64,000 bases of DNA from an uncultured Clostridia bacterium (GTDB taxonomy: Bacteria; Bacillota; Clostridia; TANB77; CAG-508), in the NCBI GenBank assembly GCA_934155625.1, contig CAKPHD010000001.1, positions 932 through 64,931 on the forward strand, written 5' to 3'. The notes under the pieces are model-generated. The model saw only the letters and a list, made by a program, of their open reading frames with translations, was not told the DNA's origin and searched no databases. Below, one piece after another: positions 1-10,600 of this stretch. Position numbers and translations under genes: made by a program. Position 1 is the first letter of the stretch. Each line of letters opens with the position of its first letter.

Positions 1-94
1 AGTTGTATTTGTATTCTAAATTTAATACATTAATAATATAACACACACTCCTACATTTAGCAAGAGCTTTTGAATAATTTATTATAATATATAT

Positions 95-234
95 GTCATT
101 TTTTGTCGAAATATTATTCATTAAATTTTGATAATTTTAAAAGAGCTTAATAATTTATAAGCAAAAAGCTATCACTTTAGTCAGTGATAGCTTTTCCATT
201 TGTCAATAATTTTTATTTCATTTTCTCTTTAATT
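95..234. repeat. 140-bp direct repeat, copy A. It duplicates the mutS 3' end (codons ...IKEKMK-stop) plus the mutS terminator hairpin. About 97% identical to 2329-2468.
   Basis: Aligned by eye. Differences are c/g at the 5' end, one extra t, and tagtcag versus tagccag. Confidence 0.8.
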
Positions 235-236
235 GT

Positions 237-490
237 TACAGGTTAATGGTTTTTATTAACTTTTTTATAAGAAAGACTTGAAATATAAGCTTTTCATTAC
301 ATTCCTCGGCTTATTACGAAATTTAAGAAATTCTAGCTTATTTTATGGCCCCCTTCCACTCTCGTGAACTCTTTCCATAAAATCACACAGAATTTCTAAA
401 ATTTCTTCATGCACATTCGTCATTTCATTCAAAGTTTATATTTCAAGTCTTTCTTTATATTGATTTTAAATAAACCATTAACCTGTAACC
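237..490. mobile_element. MITE-like element: a 254-bp segment bounded by about 55-bp imperfect terminal inverted repeats (ttacaggttaatggttt...gaaagacttgaaatata / tatatttcaagtctttc...aaaccattaacctgtaa).
   Basis: The reverse-complement match of the two arms is read directly from the sequence. There is no ORF inside. Confidence 0.45.
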
Positions 491-545
491 TTTAGTTTAT
501 AATTCATTTATGATAATGTCTTATAATAGTACCAAGCTTGTATAA

Positions 546-2072
546 CTAATAAAGCACAATACGAAAACCAACATAATCACCATAGTAATTAAGATTATCA
601 TTAGAACGTATACTTGCTGGAAATTCATCTCCACCAAGCATATATCTTCCTCCACGTTTACTTGTAGGGCGAACAGAATCTAAAGTATATTCAAGTGTCC
701 ACTCCCACATATTTCCTGCTAAATCATATATTCCTTGCTTTTTAAACTCTTCACTTGCTCCTGTTGATAATAATATACCTTTATTTGCGACTTTTTTTCC
801 GTATGCCCCACTTGTCCATTTTCCTAATGCTACCGTATTCCAGTCATATACTGCATATTTTGAATCTTTATTTGTTATATTCCATGCATTATTACTATAA
901 TTTCCCCATGTAGTACTATTTGAATTCAAATCTTCTTTTTTATTACCTTTCGCCTCTAAATATTTCATTACCAAATCCCATTGTATTCCAAAGATTAAGC
1001 CGCTTGTATAATTTCCTGACTCCATATTGCTTGCTAATGTCTGTGCTTGTCTACATGTTACAAAATTGTATGGATATACATTTTGTTTTATTACTGGTAT
1101 TTCGGTTGGTTCTGTATCTATTGAACCTGATGTTCTAGAAGTATCTTCTATTCCTGTTTCATACTTTCCAACATAAAATCCTTTATTAACATATATGCTT
1201 TTTAACATTCTTTTCTTTAGTTTATAATATTCTTCGCTTGTTAAGCCTGTCATTGTATCAGAATAATATTCATCTTTATAGTTTGTTCCATTTCTATAAT
1301 CATTTGTATATGTGTGTAAATCTGTTTCTATTGCTGTATATTCATTTTCTGTAAATTCTGTTATATTTAGTCCTGCTGTTGGATATACTTCATCTGTTTT
1401 TGGTACTTCTACCCATACATATTGATTTCCTGTACTATCTTCTATTGTTAGTCCATTATCTAAATTTGTTCCGTTTACTTGTTTAAATCCTTTTGGTAAA
1501 TATGTTCCTGCTGTTGTTTTATTACTTGATACTGTTGTTGAACCTCCGTTTATTTCTTCTCCTGGTTGCTTTGGCTCTGCTGTTATGCTTACACCTATAT
1601 TTGATTTTAAATCTTCTTTTGTTTCGTCTATTGGTGTTTTTAATAATTTTATTGTAATTGTTAAGGACGTTTCTTCACCAGCTTTTAATGTTGTTTTATC
1701 TAATTTACTTATTACCTCAAAATAATCACTATTTGAACTTGTAGCTTCTGCTGTTAAGTCTGATGACAAATCTTGGCTTTGATTTTTTATTGTATATGTT
1801 GCAGTTGCAATGTCTCCTTTTGCACTTAAGCCTGAAACTTCTATTGTTCCTTCTGTCTTTTTGCTTGCATTTATTGTCGCTGTTGTTGTTCCCTTTCCTC
1901 CTGTTGTTGGTGTTCCTGTAAATTCTACTACAAAATTAGCTTGACTTGCTTCTGATTTTGCTGTTCCATTTATATTTAATGTTACATTTGTTATTGCAGC
2001 ATACCCCACAGCTACAAGTATTATCGCTAGTAACACTATTCCTCCAACTACTTTGTTGTTCGCTCTTCTCAT
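546..2072 (-). CDS. Secreted FGE-sulfatase-domain protein (SUMF1/EgtB/PvdO-type C-terminal domain) fused to a TasA/camelysin-like N-terminal domain with a SipW-cognate-type signal peptide.
   Basis: C-terminal motifs GNMWEWT, RGG..., YVGFRIVLY. N-terminal hydrophobic segment followed by AAITNVTLNINGT. GGAGGG RBS upstream. The middle region is shared with ORF 30287..31927. Confidence 0.75.
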   Translation of the reverse strand: MRRANNKVVGGIVLLAIILVAVGYAAITNVTLNINGTAKSEASQANFVVEFTGTPTTGGKGTTTATINASKKTEGTIEVSGLSAKGDIATATYTIKNQSQDLSSDLTAEATSSNSDYFEVISKLDKTTLKAGEETSLTITIKLLKTPIDETKEDLKSNIGVSITAEPKQPGEEINGGSTTVSSNKTTAGTYLPKGFKQVNGTNLDNGLTIEDSTGNQYVWVEVPKTDEVYPTAGLNITEFTENEYTAIETDLHTYTNDYRNGTNYKDEYYSDTMTGLTSEEYYKLKKRMLKSIYVNKGFYVGKYETGIEDTSRTSGSIDTEPTEIPVIKQNVYPYNFVTCRQAQTLASNMESGNYTSGLIFGIQWDLVMKYLEAKGNKKEDLNSNSTTWGNYSNNAWNITNKDSKYAVYDWNTVALGKWTSGAYGKKVANKGILLSTGASEEFKKQGIYDLAGNMWEWTLEYTLDSVRPTSKRGGRYMLGGDEFPASIRSNDNLNYYGDYVGFRIVLY

Positions 2073-2090
2073 GTTTATTCTCCCTCCATT

Positions 2091-2322
2091 TTTTCTTTAA
2101 GTTATATACTTAAAGATATAAAAATCAAATTTATTATAGCAATAAAAGTAACCGTAGTCAACACTTTTTTGACATTTTAGGACAAACCTCGTTTAAGACT
2201 TAAAAAAATCAAAATTAACCAAAAGTAAAACGACGCATGAATTGTGATTAAAGGGTTATAGACATTTTGTTGATTTCTTTAAGTATATAACTTAAAGAAA
2301 TTTAAGTATATAACTTAAAGAA
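2091..2322. promoter_or_regulatory. Putative promoter/operator region of the FGE gene. It contains three copies of a near-palindromic 21-mer, CTTTAAGT(TA/AT)TATA(A/C)TTAAAG, one at 2091 and a tandem pair at 2278-2322 in inverted orientation.
   Basis: The 21-mers are reverse complements of each other. The region is intergenic, directly upstream of the 546..2072 start. Confidence 0.35.
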
Positions 2323-2328
2323 AATTTT

Positions 2329-2468
2329 GTGATTTTTTGTCGAAATATTATTCATTAAATTTTGATAATTTTTAAAGAGCTTAATAATTTATAAGCAAAA
2401 AGCTATCACTTTAGCCAGTGATAGCTTTTCCATTTGTCAATAATTTTTATTTCATTTTCTCTTTAATT
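2329..2468. repeat. 140-bp direct repeat, copy B. This is the native mutS 3' end plus terminator.
   Basis: About 97% identical to 95-234. Confidence 0.8.
2396..2431 (-). terminator. Rho-independent terminator of mutS: hairpin agctatcact...agtgatagct followed by a T-run on the minus strand.
   Basis: Perfect 10-bp inverted repeat with flanking A/T runs. A duplicate lies at 165-200. Confidence 0.6.
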
Positions 2469-5086
2469 CTAACCAAAGTATTAAGAGCATCAATAGGAGT
2501 AAGTTCATTCAAATCAACCTTATCAATCTCATGAGCAATCTCAGCCAATTTAAAATTAAACATATCAAATTGTCCCTCAACGACCTTCTTATTTTCCTTC
2601 TCTTGTTTCTTACCAGAAATCATACTTTTTCTTTCCAAGCTTGTTAAAATCTCATCCGCTCTTTTGGTAACAACCTTTGGAACACCTGCAAGACGAGCAA
2701 CGTGGATACCATAACTTTCATCTGTTCCACCTTCAACAATCTTTCTTAAAAAGATGATATCTTCGCCCTTTTCTTTTACTGCAATTGAATAATTTTTTAT
2801 ACCTTCTTGTTTATCTGCAAGTTCTATTAATTCATGATAATGTGTTGCAAATAATGTTTTAGCACCACATTTTTCTTTATTTGCAATATATTCTGCAACG
2901 GCCCATGCAATAGAAAGGCCATCATATGTTGAAGTTCCTCTTCCTATTTCATCTAATATAACTAAACTGTTTTCTGTTGCTTCTTTTAGGATAGTTGCAA
3001 CTTCCATCATTTCTACCATAAATGTACTTTGTCCCATACTTAAATCGTCAGATGCCCCAACTCTTGTAAAGATTTTGTCTACTACTCCGATTTGTGCCTC
3101 TGTTGCTGGTACAAAGCTTCCAACTTGTGCCATTAATGTAATTAGTGCTACTTGCCTCATATATGTAGATTTACCTGCCATATTAGGTCCTGTAATTATT
3201 GCTAATCTATCTCCTTCTTTGTCAAGATATGTATCATTTGGTACAAAGTTTCCGCTTCCTATCATTTTCTCAATTACTGGATGTCTGCCTTCTTTAATGT
3301 TAATAATTCCATCATCTTTTACAACAGGCATACAATAATTCATATCTTCCGCTACTTGCGCAAATGAAGCTAAAACATCTAGTGTTGATACTACATTTGC
3401 TGTTTTTTGCAATCTTTTTATATTTTTAGCAATTTCTGTTCTTATTTCTACAAATGCATTATATTCAAGGTTTACAACCTTTTCCTCAGCACCTAAAATT
3501 TGATTTTCAATTGTTTTTAATTCTTCTGTTATATATCTTTCTCCTGTTGTTAGTGTTTGCTTTCTAATAAATCTTTCAGGTACTTGTGATACAAATGATT
3601 TTGAAACTTCAATATAATATCCAAATACTTTGTTATACCCAACTTTTAAAGTTTTAATTCCAGTCTTTTCTTTTTCATCTGCTTCTAGTTTTGCAAGCCA
3701 AGTCTTTCCTTCTGTAGAAGCTCTTTTTAATGTATCTATTTCTTCGTCATATCCTAGTTTAATTATTCCACCATCTTTTATTGTCATAGGAGGATCTTCT
3801 ACAATTGATTTTTCTATTAATGCAAATACATCTTTTAATTCATCCAAGTTTTCATATAATTCTTTTAATTTATGTGATTGACACATTTCTAAAACACTTT
3901 TTACTTCTGGTAATCTTTCTAGTGAATTTTTTAGTGTTATCATATCTCTTGCATTTGCATTACCATATGTCATTTTTCCTGCAAGACGTTCTATATCATA
4001 TACTTTTTTTAGTGTATCTGTAATTTCTCCTCTAAGCATCATATTGTCTTTTAGTTCTTTTACAGCATCTAATCTTTCTTGAATGTCTTTAACTTCCAAA
4101 AGAGGATCATTTAACCATCTTCTTAACAAACGTCCTCCCATAGATGTTGATGTTTTATCTAACACCCAAAGCAATGTTCCTTTTTTGCTTTTATCTCTCA
4201 TCTTTTCTGTTATCTCTAAGTTTCTTCTTGCATTGATATCTAATGCCATATATTTTGACAAATTATAAATTGTTATTGTGTTTATATGTTCTAGACTTGT
4301 CATTTGAGTTTCATTTAAATACTCTAACAATGCATTTATTGATTTTACTGCTAATGGCTTTTCTTTTAGATTTGTTACTTCTCTTTTATTTTCAATTATA
4401 TTGTAATCTAATGATAAGTTTCCAACATCATCTGTAAAGAATTTATCACTAAATCTACTCATATACATAGAAAATCTTTCACGTATTTTATCCATTTCTT
4501 CTTGGCATTCAAACATCATTGAATTTGCTATTATTTCTGATGGTGCAAATCTTGCTATTTCATCTAATAATAGTGCAAAGTTGTTTTCACTCTTGATTTC
4601 ACTACTATAAAATTCTCCTGTTGAAATATCACATACGCTTATTCCAAAGTAAATTCCACTTTTGCAAATACTCATTATATAATTGTTTTTCTTTTCTTCT
4701 AGTAAATTGCTTTCTACTATTGTTCCAGGAGTAAGGATTCTTATTACCCCTCTTTTTACGATTCCTTTTGCTGTTTTAGGATCTTCTAATTGTTCACAAA
4801 TAGCAACTTTATATCCTTTTTCTATTAATTTTTCTGCATACACTTCTGCTGCATGATGTGGAATTCCTGCCATTGGTGCTCTTTCTGGTAATCCACAATC
4901 TTTTCCTGTTAGTGTTATTTCTAGCTCTCTTGCAGCTATTAATGCATCTTCAAAAAACATTTCGTAAAAATCACCTAATCTGTAAAATAATATGCAATCT
5001 TTATTTGCTTCTTTTGTTTCTATATATTTTTGCATCATTGGTGATATTACTGATCTATCTTCAATTTCTGCTATTGTTTGTGCCAT
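2447..5086 (-). CDS. mutS: DNA mismatch repair protein MutS
   Basis: 879 aa with an N-terminal mismatch-binding domain, Walker A GPNMAGKST, and the typical MutS C-terminus. Confidence 0.92.
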   Translation of the reverse strand: MAQTIAEIEDRSVISPMMQKYIETKEANKDCILFYRLGDFYEMFFEDALIAARELEITLTGKDCGLPERAPMAGIPHHAAEVYAEKLIEKGYKVAICEQLEDPKTAKGIVKRGVIRILTPGTIVESNLLEEKKNNYIMSICKSGIYFGISVCDISTGEFYSSEIKSENNFALLLDEIARFAPSEIIANSMMFECQEEMDKIRERFSMYMSRFSDKFFTDDVGNLSLDYNIIENKREVTNLKEKPLAVKSINALLEYLNETQMTSLEHINTITIYNLSKYMALDINARRNLEITEKMRDKSKKGTLLWVLDKTSTSMGGRLLRRWLNDPLLEVKDIQERLDAVKELKDNMMLRGEITDTLKKVYDIERLAGKMTYGNANARDMITLKNSLERLPEVKSVLEMCQSHKLKELYENLDELKDVFALIEKSIVEDPPMTIKDGGIIKLGYDEEIDTLKRASTEGKTWLAKLEADEKEKTGIKTLKVGYNKVFGYYIEVSKSFVSQVPERFIRKQTLTTGERYITEELKTIENQILGAEEKVVNLEYNAFVEIRTEIAKNIKRLQKTANVVSTLDVLASFAQVAEDMNYCMPVVKDDGIINIKEGRHPVIEKMIGSGNFVPNDTYLDKEGDRLAIITGPNMAGKSTYMRQVALITLMAQVGSFVPATEAQIGVVDKIFTRVGASDDLSMGQSTFMVEMMEVATILKEATENSLVILDEIGRGTSTYDGLSIAWAVAEYIANKEKCGAKTLFATHYHELIELADKQEGIKNYSIAVKEKGEDIIFLRKIVEGGTDESYGIHVARLAGVPKVVTKRADEILTSLERKSMISGKKQEKENKKVVEGQFDMFNFKLAEIAHEIDKVDLNELTPIDALNTLVRIKEKMK

Positions 5087-5087
5087 T

Positions 5088-6473
5088 TTATCTTTCTCCT
5101 TTTAAATACCACATATGTTCTGAAACTATTTTTAAGTCTATAATTTGATCTTTTAGTTCAGGACTTCCCTCAAAAATCACTACTTTGTTACTGTCTGTTC
5201 TTCCAGTTAATAAATCTGGATTATTTTTACTTGGCCCTTCTACTAGTACTTTTTGAATTGTTCCTATATATTTTTGATTATTTTCTGCAATTTGACTTTC
5301 TACTAATTCTTTTAGTCTATCAAATCTCTTGTGTTTGATGTCTTCTGGAATTTGATTTGTCATTTTATCTCCTGGTGTTCCAACTCTTCTTGAATATATA
5401 AACATATAAACTTGTTCAAAGCATACTTTTCTTACAACATCTAATGTATCTTCAAAGTCTTCTTCTGTTTCTCCTGCAAATCCGACTATTATATCTGTTG
5501 AAAGTGTTAGGTTTGGTATTCTTTTTTTCATTTTTTCTACTAATTCTAAATATTGTTCTTTTGTATATTTTCTGTTCATTAATTTTAATACATTTGTGCT
5601 TCCTGATTGAAGTGGTAAATGTACTAATTTGCAAACTTTTTCACAATCTGCAATCGCTTCTATTACATCATCTGTAAAGTCCTTTGGGTGTGGTGATACA
5701 AATCTTATTCTTTCTATTCCGTCGATTTTATTTATTGCTCTTAGTAATGTTGCAAATGAATTTATTCCTTCATATTCTTTGCCTTCTTCTTTCCATTTTT
5801 CTGCTCTTAAATATGAATTTACATTTTGACCTAATAGTGTAATTTCTTTATATCCTTCTTTTGCAAGTCCTTCTACTTCTGCTAATATATCTTTTGGATG
5901 TCTACTTCTTTCTCTTCCACGTACATATGGAACTATACAATATGTACAAAAGTTATTACATCCATACATTATTGTTACAGATGCTTTTATATTGCTTGTT
6001 CTTTTTATTGGAAGTCCTTCATATACTTCTCCATCTATATCTAATATGTCTTGTTGTTTCTTTTTTGTTTCTAATGTTTTATACAAATCTTCTGGAAAGT
6101 TTTGCAATGTATGTGTTCCAAATATAATGTCTGTATATGAGTAACTTTCATGTATTTTGTCTGTTATATGTTTTTCTTGCATCATACATCCACCTATTGC
6201 TATTATTGTTCCTCTTGTTTCTTTTACTTTTTTTAGTTCTCCTAATTTTCCGAATAACTTGTCTTCTGCATTTTCTCTTACACAACATGTATTAAATATT
6301 ACTAAATCCGCTTCTTTGTAGTCTTCTGTTGGTTGGTACCCCATCTCTTCTACCATTCCACATAGCTTTTCTGAATCGTTTTCGTTTAGTTGGCATCCCA
6401 TTGTTAGTATGTAATATTTTAAGTTCTTTTCTTTATTTATTTCTTTTACTTTTTCTATGTATTTTGTTTCCAT
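5088..6473 (-). CDS. miaB: tRNA methylthiotransferase MiaB (radical SAM MTTase)
   Basis: MTTase N-terminal Cys motifs, CNNFCTYC radical-SAM motif, and a C-terminal TRAM-like region. The miaB-mutS synteny fits. Confidence 0.8.
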   Translation of the reverse strand: METKYIEKVKEINKEKNLKYYILTMGCQLNENDSEKLCGMVEEMGYQPTEDYKEADLVIFNTCCVRENAEDKLFGKLGELKKVKETRGTIIAIGGCMMQEKHITDKIHESYSYTDIIFGTHTLQNFPEDLYKTLETKKKQQDILDIDGEVYEGLPIKRTSNIKASVTIMYGCNNFCTYCIVPYVRGRERSRHPKDILAEVEGLAKEGYKEITLLGQNVNSYLRAEKWKEEGKEYEGINSFATLLRAINKIDGIERIRFVSPHPKDFTDDVIEAIADCEKVCKLVHLPLQSGSTNVLKLMNRKYTKEQYLELVEKMKKRIPNLTLSTDIIVGFAGETEEDFEDTLDVVRKVCFEQVYMFIYSRRVGTPGDKMTNQIPEDIKHKRFDRLKELVESQIAENNQKYIGTIQKVLVEGPSKNNPDLLTGRTDSNKVVIFEGSPELKDQIIDLKIVSEHMWYLKGER

Positions 6474-6485
6474 TTCGTTTTATTG

Positions 6486-7370
6486 TTACCTTTCTTTTAT
6501 TTTTGTGTACGTGCTTAATAAGATTTTTTCATATCTTTCTTTTATTATTTTTTTATAAAACTCTTTTCTTATTTCAGTTATTTCAGGAGTTTGTTCAATT
6601 ATATTATTTATTTTGTTTAAATCAATTAATGGAACAATTCTCAATACTGCATTATTACAGTCTTCATTATTTAGATTATTTATATATTCAAAATAATTTA
6701 TTTTTTTTCCATTTTCTTTTAATGCTGATGTTGGAAATACATACACTCTAGCATTAATTTCATCTTCATTATTTATAATTTCTTTTATTCTTTCATCTGT
6801 TAATTGAGGATACAAACATGATGCACAATCATATATTGGTGCTATCTCAACACTTTGTTTTGCTTCATCAATTAAGAATCCCCAGTTTCCATTATGTCTA
6901 TCAAAGTTTCCTACAAGAGCATCTGCTATGAACATATTCCAGAAAAATTCTTTTAGTTCTTTTGCATCATATATTTGCTGCTCTTCTATGGTTTCTATTA
7001 CTTCATTTAATTCTGTTCCATACCCATTTTTCGAGGTTTCTATCTGGCTATTTTTCAATTCTGCAAATTGTTTAAATATTTTTCCATATCTAGTAAAATC
7101 TTTACATGCAACTACGATTTTAGTATTTTCTTGGCTAGAATAAGTTCCTAATATAGTTTCTTGCACTTCTAATCCTAATGTTCTAATAATTTCGCATGCA
7201 ATATATTCAGATATGCAACTATTTGAATATTCATGTTCTTTAACTCCATCATTTACATTTGGAAATTTAAGCATGTATTCTTCATTATTATAAATAATAC
7301 ATATCTTTCCTCCATTTTTACCTCCATAATATCTAAATTTATTAATTTTGCAATTTGTAAAATCTATCAT
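6486..7370 (-). CDS. HipA-like serine/threonine kinase domain protein (short, CtkA/HipA_C type)
   Basis: The motif LVGNFDRHNGNWGF matches the HipA catalytic loop VGNxDxHxxNxxF. About 294 aa. Confidence 0.55.
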   Translation of the reverse strand: MIDFTNCKINKFRYYGGKNGGKICIIYNNEEYMLKFPNVNDGVKEHEYSNSCISEYIACEIIRTLGLEVQETILGTYSSQENTKIVVACKDFTRYGKIFKQFAELKNSQIETSKNGYGTELNEVIETIEEQQIYDAKELKEFFWNMFIADALVGNFDRHNGNWGFLIDEAKQSVEIAPIYDCASCLYPQLTDERIKEIINNEDEINARVYVFPTSALKENGKKINYFEYINNLNNEDCNNAVLRIVPLIDLNKINNIIEQTPEITEIRKEFYKKIIKERYEKILLSTYTKIKER

Positions 7371-7585
7371 TTTCCACCTCCATGAATATATTTTCTATAT
7401 AAATAATCACATTGTTCTTCTGTTATTTCATTGTCAACATATGCACAATTAATTGATTGTTGCAATTCTCCCAACAAGCAATCTATAAGTGTTGATTTAT
7501 TTTTTAATCCTTCTTTATAATTTTTTAAGTCATCTTCTAAATATTTAGGCAAACATTTTTCTAATATCTCTTCTTTATATTCCAT
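7367..7585 (-). CDS. Small hypothetical protein (72 aa), translationally coupled (ATGA overlap) to the HipA-like gene. A possible partner or antitoxin.
   Basis: 4-nt overlap with the downstream gene. Its own promoter region lies at 7586-7670. Confidence 0.45.
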   Translation of the reverse strand: MEYKEEILEKCLPKYLEDDLKNYKEGLKNKSTLIDCLLGELQQSINCAYVDNEITEEQCDYLYRKYIHGGGK

Positions 7586-7670
7586 TTTTACTATCCTTTT
7601 TCTATCATCTTAAGTATTTTATCACATTTTATATTAAAAATAAAGATTATTAACTAATTTTAAAACATTA

Positions 7671-10600
7671 CTATGCCAAAATTTCTATTTCTTTTTCCAA
7701 ATAAGTAGAATAAATATATACCTTATCCACTTTTTTCTGTAAAGCCTCTTCCAAAGCTTTTTTATACAACTTTAATTGAACCTTATATTTTTCAATCAAA
7801 ATCTGTTCATTTCTATCCTCAACATAATCTGTTTTAAAATCCACAAGCACAAGCTCATTTTGTGCATTAATATAAAACAAATCAATTACACCTTGAACCA
7901 AAATATTCTCTTCAAGCTCCTCCTTATAAATTTCCTTAGCAGGAATACTAATATAAAAAGCTTTTTCTCTTTGAACCACATGGGCATGAGTCATTTCGTC
8001 CCAAATCTTTGATTTTGTAAATTGATATACCTTACTAATATTAATTGCCTCTGCTTGTTTTTGCGTTATTATTTTTTGCATTACTAATTTAGCAATTAGT
8101 TCTTTTATATCATCATATTTATAAATTTCTTTAGTTAAATCCAGATTTTGCATACACAAATGAATTAATGTACCCTTTTCTGCATTAGTTATGCTTATTT
8201 CTTCATCATCTGCAAGGAATTTAGGTGTTGGAACTTCTACTTTATAAAAATCATCATTACACTCTTTTATTTCATCCTGCTCACTCATCGATTTTATCTC
8301 AGTTACAGAAGTCTTTGTCGGAATAACTGTCGCCTCACTAAATTTATATTTATATTCTAACAACTCAACTATATTTTTTTCTTCTTGCTTCTCTATCTTC
8401 ACTTCTGACAACTTCTCTAGAATTTGTTCTGTAGTATTTTGAACTTTCTCTTTTTCAGTAGCACATTTTTTTATAATTTCATTTTTACTATATACATTTA
8501 TAGTAGATAATTCTTTCATAATATCCTGATTGTATTTATATACAAGTTCAATCCAGTCTAAATAAGTTTTACACTTTTTCAACAAAATTGAGTTTAGTTC
8601 ACTATATTTATCAGTCATTTCTTGCAAATCTTTTTGTTTATCTGCTGTTGAATAACCTGTAATAATAAGCTTTTCTTTTGCTCTTGTTAATGCAACATAT
8701 AGCACTCTCATCTCTTCTGACAAAGTTTCTAACATTATTTGATTTCTCATCGCTTGTTTAGATAGAGTATCATATTCAATTTGTCTGTCATAATCAATGT
8801 ATTTTACACCTATTCCAATTTCTGGATGTAGCAAAATTTTATTATTTAAGTCTTGCATATTGAATTGCTTTCCTGTTCCAGATAAAAATACAACCGGAAA
8901 TTCTAGACCTTTACTCTTGTGAATACTCATTATTCTGATTACATCATCATTTTCTCCTATTATTTTTGCAGAATCCATGTCTTTGCTACTTGTTTTTACT
9001 TTTTCTATATAATTTATGAAGTTGAATAGTCCTTTAAAGCTGATACTTTCACATTGTTTGGCTCTTTCGAATAGTATTTTTAAGTTGGCTTGTCTTAATT
9101 CTCCATTTGTCATTAATCCAACATAGTTGTAATACCCTGTGTCATTGTATATTTTCCAAATTAGTTCATCTAAGCTAAGATATTCCTGCTCTTTTCTCCA
9201 CATTTCTAAATTGTTTAAAAACGCATCAATCTTCGTACGTAACTTAGTATCTACAGTATGTTTGGCTTTTAAAATTGTATTATAAAAATTGTCGTATTTA
9301 TCACTTAGTCTAATTTCAACTAGTTCGTTATCTGTAAAGCCTCCAATCATAGACCTCATAACTGCTACTAAAGGAATTTCTTGTAATGGATTGTCTATAA
9401 TTTTTAACAAACTCATTATAGTCTGAATTTCTATACTTTCTAAGTATTCTGCTGATGAATCACTAAATACTGGCATTCCTAGATTTAATATTTCTTTTTC
9501 AAATATTGGCGCAGGTTCCTTTGTTGACCTTAATAATACCACTATATCCTTATATTTGATGTCTCTTTTTTCTTGTTTTTTTGCATCATATACTTGAAAT
9601 TTATTTTCTATTAATTGCTTGATTCTATTTGCCACAAATTTTGCTTCTAATTCGATATTTTCTACTCTTTCTTTCTCCTCTTCATCATCACTGTTGTTTT
9701 CGTCTTCACTTGTGTCTTTCCATCCATTACCTGCCATTGTAGTCACTCTAACTTTTTGCTCTGCTGCCAAATCCTCATCCTCAACAGCATCATCTGTAAG
9801 CAATATATCAATCTCCGCTTTTAAATCTTGTTTTGTGTCTTCATAATTTGCTCCTAAATTCAAATATTCCTCTTCTGTATAGTTCAATTCTCCCAATTCT
9901 TCGCTCATTATACTTGCAAATATTTGATTAGAGAAATCTAGTACTTCTTTTCTACTTCTGAAATTTTTAAACAATTGAATTTTCAAGTCATCCTCAAAAC
10001 CCTTGTTGCCTTTTGTTTGATATGTTTTGTATTTTTCTAAAAATAAATCTGGTCTTGCTTGTCTGAATTTATAAATACTTTGTTTTACATCTCCTACCAT
10101 AAAAATGTTGTTTCCTCTTGAAATTGATGTCAAAATATATTCTTGTACTAGATTACTGTCTTGATATTCGTCAATTGCAATTTCTTCATATTTTTCTTGA
10201 TATTTTTTTGCTATTTCTGATGGTTTGCCATCTTTATTTAATAATATTTTTAGTGCAAAATGTTCAACATCACTGAAATCCACAATATTTTTGTCCTTTT
10301 TTCGCTTTTCAAATTTTTGACCGAATTCTAGAATCATGTTTTCTAATTTTTTTAGAACATCATACATATCATTTATGTCTTCATTTGCTTCTTTTGAATT
10401 AAATATTAATATTTTTTCTGTTACTTTTTTTAAGTTTGCTTTTACTGTATCTCTTACTGATTTTGCAATATCCTTTGCTTCTAATGTTATTTTTTTATCT
10501 GTTGCCCAAGTTTTAAATTTTATATTTGATGCAATCTCATAAGCCTTGTCCCATGAATCTAAATTTATTTTTAGCATTTCTAATTGCTCTATATCATCAC

